In this document: piece after piece, positions 53,792 through 64,000 of the stretch
Numbering within the stretch: the stretch's first letter is position 1
Layout of the letters: each line of letters starts with the position of its first letter
DNA from: Octopus vulgaris
Taxonomy: Eukaryota
NCBI GenBank assembly: GCA_951406725.2
Contig: OX597814.1
Coordinates: 30,938,001 to 31,002,000, forward strand
Direction: 5' to 3'
Length of the DNA: 64,000 nucleotides
The notes under the pieces: model-generated
What the model was told of the DNA's origin: nothing
The model's database searches: none
What the model saw: only the letters and a program-made list of their open reading frames with translations
Position numbers and translations under genes: made by a program

Positions 53792-53869
53792 GCGGTACAT
53801 ATGTTTCGGGCCTTTATTAGACAGATTTATAACAATGCATAATGTATGTCTGTGGCCTTCTTCAGCCGC
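53792..53869 (-). ncRNA. Type I hammerhead ribozyme (intact core)
   Basis: gcgg-CTGAAGA-aggcc...ggccc-GAAAC-atat-G-TA-ccgc. Confidence 0.9.
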
Positions 53870-54688
53870 GCACAACAGCTTCCGCAAGGACATGTGTTAC
53901 ATCAAAAATTCTGGGTTGGGGATGCAAATCCTCTCATTCACGTACGACATAATGCGGCAGCAGCATAGAATTGAAGCGTCCATCTCTTCTCTCAATGTAG
54001 AATGAGGAAAATTGGATGTTGAGGTAATGTAAATAAATAAATACATATATAGAGGTGAAGATGGAGGGGCGAGAGTTCGGGACGAGGGATAAAAAATGTA
54101 TAAAAAGTGTAAGTATAGAATAATATAAAAATGTAGAGGATAAAGATATAAAGAGTTGTAAGGAGATGTAAAGGGGGTATAAAGAAATATAAAGAAATGT
54201 AAATAAATGTAAAGGCATAAGGTTATAAAGTGTGGTGCGTGTGTGTTTATGTACGTGTTTACACGCGAGTGCGTGTGTATGCTTATATGCTTGGAGGCGT
54301 ATATGTACGCGTGTATGTGGGTGTATATATCCATGATGATATGTATGTACTAGAAGTCCATTTAATTCAAGGAACCAGATTAAATGCTCATCAGCTCTGA
54401 TTTACAACGCATTAAGTCCCCAGACGAAACTGTTGATTTACTGTTGATTTACTGACAATTCTACAACTAAATTTTATCAATCTCCTGACCACCATGCTTG
54501 GTCCGTAACCTCTATACATCCCTTATCTTTACATTCTTTTACACTTTTATCATGGTTTTATCAGATTTGTTTACTTTTATTTCTATTTCTATTTTTACTT
54601 TATAACCTTATGCCTTATGAATGAGAGGATTTGCATCCCCAACCCAGAATTTTTGATGTAACACATGTCCTTGCGGAAGCTGTTGTGC

Positions 54689-54766
54689 GCGGCTGAAGAA
54701 GGCCACAGACATACATTATGCATTGTTATAAATCTGTCTAATAAAGGCCCGAAACATATGTACCGC
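54689..54766 (+). ncRNA. Type I hammerhead ribozyme (intact core), identical to 53792-53869
   Basis: gcgg-CTGAAGA-aggccacagac...gtctaataaaggccc-GAAAC-atat-G-TA-ccgc. Confidence 0.9.
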
Positions 54767-54803
54767 TGAATCCTTCGCATCATGTTTTTATTTTATTTTG
54801 ATC

Positions 54804-54859
<56 letters not shown>

Positions 54860-55015
54860 CAAAATCAAATGTGCAGAAATAGCGTATGCAGAATAAATAA
54901 AAAGGTGACGTAATCGAATGGTAGAGAGAGATGCATGAATCAGGTACTCCAAAATAGTCGGAAGGATGGGGCCGGTCTGTGTGAGCGTGCAGTAAATAGT
55001 GAATAAAAAACCGGA

Positions 55016-55330
55016 AAAAAGAAAAAAATAAATAAAATAAAAAGAACTTGAGGACGTGCGTAATCAATATATCGATATGATGCTAGGTGAGAGGAGAGAG
55101 CTGTTGTTAACATTTCGAGCATAGCTCTTCGTCGGAAGTAGGGAAGTCCAAAGAGAAAGAAGGAAAAATAAGGAGAAATCGCCAATAGTTCTTTCTCTTT
55201 AGACTTTCCTGTTTCCGAAGAAGATCTATGCTTGAAACTTTAACAACAACTCTCTTCTTTCACCGAGCGTCAAATTAATACATTGCTTGTGCACGACCTC
55301 ACGTTTGTGTTTTTTTCTCTTTTTTCCTTT
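55016..55330. repeat. Diverged inverted pair (~145-bp arms) of the CCGACGA-hammerhead element
   Basis: 55016-55161 versus 55188-55330. Variant cores at 55106-55138(-) and ~55211-55244(+). Related to 30300-30480. Confidence 0.75.
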
Positions 55331-55366
55331 GTTTTTCGTGCTTTGAATTCATTATATATATATATG

Positions 55367-55410
<44 letters not shown>

Positions 55411-55447
55411 TGAATATATGTATGTATATGTATATATGTATATATAT

Positions 55448-55862
55448 GGTGCAGGAGTGGCTGTCTGGTAAGTAGCTTGCTTACCAGCTACATGGTTCCG
55501 GGTTCAGTCCTACTGCGTGGCTATTTTAGGCAAGTGTCTTCTACTATAGACTCGGGCCGACCAAAGCCTTGTGAGTGGATTTGGTAGACGGAAACTGAAA
55601 GGAACCCGTCTTATATATATATATATATATGTATATGTTTGTATGTCTGTGTTTGTCCCCGCCCCACCCCGCCAACATCACTTGACAACCAATTCTGGTG
55701 TGTTTACGTCCCCGTCACCATTAGCGGTTCGGTGAGAGAGACCGGTAGAATAAGTTCTAGGCTTACAAAAGAATAAGTCCTGAGGTCGATTTGCTCGACT
55801 AAAGGCGGTGCTCCAACATGGCCGCAGTCAAATATGACTGAAACAAATAAAAGAATAAAAGA
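55448..55862 (+). mobile_element. SINE family B
   Basis: Full-length match to 56767-57175. Confidence 0.88.
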
Positions 55863-55875
55863 ATATATATGTATA

Positions 55876-55951
<76 letters not shown>

Positions 55952-56766
55952 ATGAAGGGTGAAATTAATTAATTTGGAACAATTATCAATTACACCAAGT
56001 AGTCTTCGGCGAGGCTATATATATCTCAAGGAAACGAATGTCACTCCAGATTCAGATTCAGCTGACTGACATATATATGAAAGGTATGAATTTTCTATAA
56101 AAAAACGTTTATGATGAATCCCTGAAAGGGAAGAAGGCACTAAATAAATAGTTTTATTGAAATCGTGACTACCACCTTTTCCATAATATATAACGTCTAT
56201 ACACCACTTGCTGCAATGTACACACACACATACACGCAAACACACACATACACACACGCGTCGGAACTTGAGTGAAATTCTCCTTTGATATTTTAGCACG
56301 GTTGTCTGATATTTACCACATGCACGTGTGCACAAACATGCATACAAATACACACTCATACATATGGATTTATAGAGTCAAGAATAGTGCTATAATTTGT
56401 GGTTTTGTTATAAATATATCGGGGAAATAGTAACCTCTCGGGCCTACAATCTCATTGGGTCGGATCTTATCTCGGTTTCTGAGGGTATATGAACGATCGG
56501 GATGTCAGTCTCTCCCAGATTTAAACGCCCAGCTGTTTCGGCCTTGTAGTCAGCAACAATGTGAAAGTCAGTCTTTTGCTCAGGACATGACGCACCACCC
56601 AGTCCTGGGAATCGGGACCGTGAAGTTACGATCGTACCTTTACGAAAATCGATGCTGTTATGCATTCATATAATGGTGTAATAACGCATTGGTAATTCCA
56701 TACAGGTACTAGCAGGTGGACACATGCATTAACAGATATAGGTATAAGGTATATATACACATACAT

Positions 56767-57175
56767 GGCGCAGGAGTGGCTGTGTGGTAGGTAGCTTGTT
56801 TACCAACCACATGGTTCCGGGTTCAGTCCCACTGCGTGGCACCTTGGGCAAGTGTCTTCTACTATAGCCTCGGGCCGACCAAAGCCTTGTGAGTGGATTT
56901 GGTAGACGGAAACTGAAAGAAGCCCGTCGTATATATGTATATATATATGCGTGTGTGTGTTTGTGTCTGTGTTTATCCTACTAGCATTGCTTGACAACCG
57001 ATGCTGGTGTGTTTATGTCCCCGTTACTTAGCGGTTCGGCAAAAGAGACCGATAGAATACGTACTGGGCTTACAAAAGAATAAGTCCCGGGGTCGAGTTG
57101 CTCGATTAAAGGCGGTGCTCCAGCATGGCCGCAGTCAAATGACTGAAACAAGTAAAAGAATAAAAGAATAAAGAA
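56767..57175 (+). mobile_element. SINE family B (young, near consensus)
   Basis: ggcgcaggagtggctgtgtgg...gactgaaacaagtaaaagaataaaag. Confidence 0.92.
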
Positions 57176-58174
57176 TACATACATAACACAAAAATATAGT
57201 TATTTTCGCATGCGTCAACAAATGATCCTTTACCTAAATGTTTGAGCACTTAGTAAGAGCAATCGGATTCCCTTCAGATCAAACTATATCGCTATAAAGC
57301 AAGAAGGTTACAATTAATAGTTTTATTCTCGACAAAGTATGGTTCAACCATTGGCGGGACGATCCATTAGGAAAGATTGTGATCATAGGTTGACTTCACA
57401 TGGGCTGAACTTAACCTGAGACAGCGTATATGTTTAGGTAGTGCGTTCCTGAGTTCTTAACTTTGTTTTAGCCCTCACAAGTAATGCCATGTCAAAATCC
57501 TGTAAGCTGATACAATCTCCCTTATGTACTGTCCTTCGCTGTTGGTTTGGTTACGTCCACTTAAATTGGCAGTTTGGCGGAAAGAGTACGATAGAGTAAG
57601 AAGCAGATTAAAAGGGGAGTTTGTGGTTGATTTGTTCGGCTAAACCCTTCTAGATAAGTGCACGAGCATGATTGCAATCCGATTACTGAGAAGAATAAAA
57701 AAAATATATTAAAAAAAGCAATACAAACCCAAGCACACACACGCGCGCGGCGCGTACATGCAGATATCATACGTATATGTGTATGGATGTATCGGCTCTT
57801 AGACATCTGTCTCACAGTCTCACAGTGCATACCTATCACAGAAACATTAGCACTCATGAACGGTCATTGACTCATACACTATTACATGCATACATACATA
57901 TATACATACATACATAATACATGAATACATACATACATGCATACGTGCATGCATGATGCACACATACATACCTACGCAAACACTTATTCATGCATGAAAA
58001 TATATGTGATTAATACATCTTTGTTTTAGTAGGAATAAACATCAGAAGAAAAGATGTAAGGTGCAATGAAGATTGCACATCTAGAGATAAAAGTCGTTTG
58101 CTTTATTCTTATGCAAGTATGCAGTAATAAATAAATAAACACACACGCACACACACACACACATACACACACAA

Positions 58175-58208
<34 letters not shown>

Positions 58209-58809
58209 GTCTTCTGCTATCTCTGTATATGTGCGTGTACCATTCATATCATTCCTACAAGAACTAGATCATTCTTATATACTTCCTCCTGTAAAAGTGA
58301 ATTCATGATTCCGCTTATGCAATTTTCTTCGACTTTTAATATGAATGTGCAATTATATATTAACCACCATGAGTTTTGATTTCGACTGCCTATAAGCACA
58401 TACCTACCTTGTTTCTGTGCAAATTCTATCGAAAACATTATACGAGTGGAAGAGGGAAAAACCACACGGAATCAGATTAAAGGTCCTCTACCATAATGCT
58501 AAAATAATAAAACTAAAATAAAAAAAAATAACATAAGATATATAAAAAAAAAATTCGCTACAAAGACGATGATATTAACATAGTGCATATGTTTATGGCA
58601 GGTTAACTTTGAGCTTGGAGCTGAGCTATGTTAGTGAAAAAAGAGAAGAAATTCATGCATGTACACACACGCATATAAATATAAATACACGAACATATGT
58701 GCGTACATATATATATATATATATATTTGCACATATATATACATATATACACATATATATATATATATGCACATATATATATATGTTTATATATATACAT
58801 ATATATACA

Positions 58810-58841
<32 letters not shown>

Positions 58842-58902
58842 CATATATATACATATATATATACATATATACATATATATATACATATATACATATATAT
58901 AT

Positions 58903-58982
<80 letters not shown>

Positions 58983-59511
58983 ATATATATATGCATAGAT
59001 GCATATAACTCCTATTAATGTTTCTCTTCAGTGAGACATTAATTTCTGTCTTACCTCCTTAAAGCTATCATTATTCAGTTATTAATCTGAAGTAACCAGC
59101 TTCACAAATGGACGTGCCAAGATTGCTTTTGAAACGCCAGCAGCTTTACTTCACTATACTTCGACGTCACCTTCTCATTCCTGAAAATGTAAGTATATCA
59201 TACATGGATGTACTTTCATTCTGAGCAATTCTTTTTGCGAAGAAAAGTTTCAGCTCCTTTATTCAACACATTTTAACTTCTTTTATAATACGTTGTCATT
59301 TGATGTATAAAAGACTGCTTGTAGCATTAAATCTTCCTCTGCTAATTTCAATATATATATATATATACAATCATCTATATATAGATAGGTTTATATACAC
59401 ACACATGTATGGGTGTATATACATTAATGTATATGTATATCCATGTATGTAGTTGTGGACAACGTGCATATACAAGTATATATATATGTATAATGTGTGT
59501 TTATGTGTTTC

Positions 59512-59542
<31 letters not shown>

Positions 59543-59756
59543 CTATATGTGTATATAGTGTATATATATATGTGTGTGTGTATATATGTATGCAAGTATG
59601 TGTTTATATATATATATGCGTGTACATATATATATATATATATGTATATATACACATATATATATGGATATATATATGTATATATATGTATATATATATA
59701 CATATATACACACACATATATATAGATACATAAATACATACATAACACACACACAC

Positions 59757-59826
<70 letters not shown>

Positions 59827-60554
59827 GTGTGTGTGTATGTATACACATTTATGCATGCATGTATGTATATATGTATGTAGAAAGAAAGATATGGCGAAAG
59901 AATGAGATTATTTCTGAGGCAGAAACAGTAAACAGTCAAGCACTCACGCATGTATGCATACATAACCTCTCACATACACTTACGCACGCAAAGATGGTCA
60001 CTCACGCACACATACATGCTCGTGCACACACATGTATATAAAACCCATATAAACGCGCACACACACACACACATATATATATATACTACGTTTAACTTGT
60101 TACACCGTAATATATCTTAATTCAATTAAGGATTAAAAAAAAATTTCCCTAGTGAAACAAATTAAGCTATCATTCATTAAACTACATACCTACAGCGAGA
60201 GAAGAAAAAAACAACAAAACCGCCGCATTGTCTTTGATCTGATAATTTTATTTAACTATAAGAAGAAAGGTTATAGGAAAATTCTTAGAGTTTTAGTGTT
60301 CTCAGCAGCATTGAAAGTGAGTGGATAGTACAGACGTAGCACTATATTCACTTTGAGTCTGGTAGCTCGGAGTTCTAATCCGGTGTGCGTCGGAGTCCAC
60401 CAACCATTCGTCCAGTATTTTAGAATTTTATAAGTAAGTTTAAATGTGGTCGCTGAAATTCTTTGAATTAACCGAATATATTTCAAATCCTATTTTACTA
60501 TCTTAAACAATTGGCAAGAACACCATTATATCGAGAAGGATTCTTCGGTGTTAA

Positions 60555-60635
60555 TGATGGACCACTGCAGAAGCTAAAAGAGCTGAGGCTCTGCTCATTA
60601 GAGAGAAGGTGCAAAAGACATGCAGTGATTATATA
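60555..60635 (+). mobile_element. Small CR1-like LINE fragment
   Basis: [24 protein letters not shown] resembles the CR1 C-terminal motif RLKELxLxSLERRR. Confidence 0.4.
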
Positions 60636-60806
60636 TAGGCACAGGCGTGGCTGTGTGGCAAAAAGTTTGCTTTCCTACCACATGGTTCGGAGTTTAATCC
60701 CACTGTCTGGTACCTTGAGCAAGTGTCTTCTGCTGCAACCTCAGGCCGACCAAAGTTTTGCGTATTTCGAGCATTTAACAACAATATATGCTTTCGATGA
60801 AACAAA

Positions 60807-60965
<159 letters not shown>

Positions 60966-60991
60966 TTATATATGTTTACTTGCATATATAT

Positions 60992-61158
60992 AGGCGCAGG
61001 AGTGGGTGTGTATAAGTGCTGGAGTCGTTGTGTGGTAAGAAGCTTACTTCCGGATTCAGTCCCACCAGCACCGTGGGGCAGTGTCTTCTACTATAGCCTC
61101 GAGCTGACCAAAGCCTTGGGATTGGATTTGCTCGACGAAAACTGAAAGAAGCCCGTTG

Positions 61159-61160
<2 letters not shown>
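60992..61160 (+). mobile_element. SINE family B head (tail at ~62290-62510); another head at 60638-60760
   Basis: aggcgcaggagtgg...gtgtcttctactatagcctcgagctgaccaaagcc...actgaaagaagcccg. Confidence 0.75.
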
Positions 61161-61236
<76 letters not shown>

Positions 61237-61256
61237 TGTAGATAAACCTTACTTGC

Positions 61257-62205
61257 CGTTCGATCATATGATAATATAAATAATATATATACATATGCAT
61301 ATATACATACATGCCTGTACATACTTACATATATATGTATATACACATGCATATTTGGCTACAGGATGTCAAAAAACGTTAACAACAAGAAAAACTAGAA
61401 CATGAATTACAAAATCATCGAAAAAGAATTTTTTTAACAACGAAAGAAACAAATAGATAAACGACGCAGGCAATATAAAACACAATCCCTTCAGTTGTCC
61501 ACTGTTTTGTCTACTCCACATTTTGAGCGTTAGAACAAGATGCGTCTTCGTGAAAACAGTCACTCCCGCAAAGCAAATTAAATAAAATTTGGGATTTACG
61601 GAGGGTCAAATTTGGTAACAAAAGTAGGAGTAAAAACAAACGGTAAGGGCTGTTAAGCAAAAACGAGGTGAAATGGTGAATGCTGGAGAACAAGCTTTGA
61701 CAGGAGACAGAAAAAAATGCGTGCTATCTTTTGTAGTTGAACGAGAAGGAAGAAAGAAAGATGGTCGCTGGTCATCTGTGAGCAATGAGAGAGTCAAGGA
61801 GGAATAGGAAGAGTGAGGGAGAGAGAGGGACAAATAGAGAACAGTGAAGGGGAGGAGAAGAATTAGAGAAAGGGTGGAAGAGAAAACAGATTATAGAAAG
61901 AGGAATGGAGGGAGGAATAGAGATAGTGATAGAATAGTGTCGCATCAGAATTGTTAAGATAAAACTTATTTGGAAATGGATGCGAGGCGTTCGATTATAT
62001 GATAATACAAATAATATATATATGGATATATGCATACATACATGTACATACTTACATATACATGTATATACATATGCATATATGGGTACAGGACGTCCAG
62101 AAACTTAAACAACCAGAAAAACTAGAACATAAACTACAAAAACATGGATAATTACCTGTTTTTGAACAACGAAAGAAGCAAATAGAAAAACAAGACAGGC
62201 TATAT
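61257..62205. mobile_element. Partial tandem non-coding element (731-bp unit), PLE pLTR-like
   Basis: Diverged ~220-bp direct repeats starting cgttcgat at 61257 and 61988, with a purine-rich interior. Confidence 0.6.
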
Positions 62206-62571
62206 TATATATATATATATACATATATATACATATATATGTATGTATATATATATATATATGTCTCTGTGTGTGTGTTTGTGTGTGTGTGTGTATATTT
62301 GTGGGTCTGTGTTTGTCCCCTCTCACCATCGCTTGATTCCCGATGCTGGCGAGCTTACGTTCCCATAACTTAGTGGTCCGGCAAAAGACACCGATGGAAT
62401 AAGTACTAGGCTGACAAAGAATCAGTCCCGGGATCGATTTGTTCGACTAAAGGCTGTGCACCAACTCGGTCGCAGACAAATGATCGCAAAAATTAAAGGA
62501 ATAAAGGAATACATACATATATATACATATATGTATGTATGTATGTGTGTATGCATACATACATATATATA

Positions 62572-62608
<37 letters not shown>

Positions 62609-62949
62609 GTAACATCCAAGGATCCAGGTGTAGGAAGTTAGTCCCTAGAACGTATAAAAGGTAAGGTTTTAGGAACAATAGTGGTTTATTGATTTAGAAG
62701 GCTGTAAATTTTTTTCCGCATCGAAGTTCGATAAGCTGAAAAATGTTATTTCATAGTTCACGGTTAGCAACTGAAATTGCTGTATACGGGAATTAAGTTC
62801 CAAATCCATCTACTCCTCTTAGATAATAAATCGATGTATCCCCTGTATTCCATGGTCCCCTATCCCCCACAAATTTTACCAAGGTAGCAAACCTAATAGG
62901 CACTCTTCCTACCCTGTGATTATGGATCCCAAAGCCGCCGCTACCGATC

Positions 62950-63845
62950 AAAATCTACACCAGAGCGCACCTTCAGACCCCAAGATATAGTCGGGTAACC
63001 TCCTAAACCGGAATAAACGAACCAGGACACGTGGCATCTGGTTCTTAATATTCAGATCAAAGTACCCAAGCTCTTCTTCACCTTACTTGAAGAGCATTTC
63101 CCTTAGTCCGGTTCCCTTAGAAAAATCTTCAAACCCCGATCTATTAAATTTTCGTATTTCATCACAACTGACATTGCTGGTGTAATCCGATATTTGAACA
63201 ATAAGAAACTTGAGAACCAACAGTTAACTTTAATCACAGTAATACAACTCACCCTAACCTCCAACCCCCAACCCATATCCCTAGGACATCCTTAAACTTC
63301 CTTACCCAAACTGACCCTCACACCACCTACCGTAATTCTTTTACTTATCCAAATCCGCTCAACCTACGTTACGATTCTGCTATACACCCTACAGAAATAT
63401 GGAATGATAGAAATAATATCATTTGATACGAGAACTACATCCCTCAGACGACTCCCTCGAAAGCCTAAAATATCAATTCTAACGCTGCGGCGGATAATGA
63501 ATACAACACCGGGCTAACACTAGATAACTATAACCCAGTAAACTCATCTTTAGCACCTTCTAGAACACCATGCAGCTGTAGACTCTCCACCTCCTGTCAT
63601 TCAGATAATAGATGCCTTGCAAAAATATTGTATACAAATGCTCGTTATCAGCTGAGAATTCCAATTATGTGTACATCGGCTCGAGCAGCACCATCTTCAA
63701 AGCCAGAGTGGGTAACCACTATTCTAGCTTCAAATTCCAAGCAAAGACTAACAACACTTCTTTATCTCAGCTTAAACCTAACCTAAAGCAAAAATTAATT
63801 CCATATAATTTAAAATAGTCCATAGTTGCCCATACCAAACAATAT
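62950..63845 (+). mobile_element. Second Penelope-like family fragment (post-RT region + GIY-YIG)
   Basis: IWF..KLFFTLLEEHFP..LRKIFKPRSIKFSY (~63030-63160) and ORF 63612..63818 NIVYKCSL...YVYIGSSSTIFKARVGNHYSSFK...TSLS. Confidence 0.75.
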
Positions 63846-63852
63846 TTTTTTG

Positions 63853-64000
63853 GGAAGCACTCCGTCGCTTACGATGACGAGGGTTCCGGTTCATCCGAAT
63901 CAACGGAACAGCCTGCTCGTGAAATTAACGTGTAAGTGGCTGAGCACTCCACAGACACGTGTACCCTTAACTTAGTTCTCGGGGATATTCAGCGTGACAC
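63853..64000 (-). mobile_element. SINE family A, 3' part cut by the window edge
   Basis: ggaagcactccgtcgcttacgatgacgagggttccgg..., as at 10970. Confidence 0.9.

Larger units (their letters stand above)
53750..54808. mobile_element. PLE-like non-coding element with 191-bp terminal inverted repeats
   Basis: Arms 53750-53940 and 54618-54808 are reverse complements; the ORF track shows the same peptide on both strands. Confidence 0.85.

Noticed and set aside
53775-54005. Duplicated peptide MMRRIQRYICFGPLLDRF on both strands
   Set aside because: Produced by the 191-bp inverted repeat; it is the antisense of the ribozyme segment.

Overview
AT-rich, microsatellite-saturated eukaryotic DNA with no intact protein-coding gene. 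The SINE families and (TA)n/(CA)n density suggest an octopus (coleoid cephalopod) genome; this is an inference from recognition, not a search. Nearly all tracked ORFs are translated microsatellites or SINEs. The real coding signal is transposon debris: a frameshifted Penelope-like element (PLE; RT + GIY-YIG, 44.4-46.6 kb) and three more PLE GIY-YIG fragments, a frameshifted HERO-like RLE non-LTR element (41.6-44.0 kb), two R4/Dong-like 3' ends with (TAA)n tails, a TA-flanked MITE and probable hAT relics. More than 25 tRNA-derived SINE copies have swappable heads and tails. The most interesting layer is missed by the ORF track: about 15 hammerhead-ribozyme motifs (CTGANGA...GAAA, palindromic helix III) on both strands, several with intact cores. 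They sit in small non-coding, (TA)n-bounded elements: a 586-bp tandem unit whose repeat ends at the predicted cleavage site, a ~335-nt rod-folding unit, and a 191-bp inverted repeat with a ribozyme on each arm. These look like PLE-derived, retrozyme-like elements. Weak splice signals hint at minus-strand host exons near 17.8, 5.1 and 4.2 kb.
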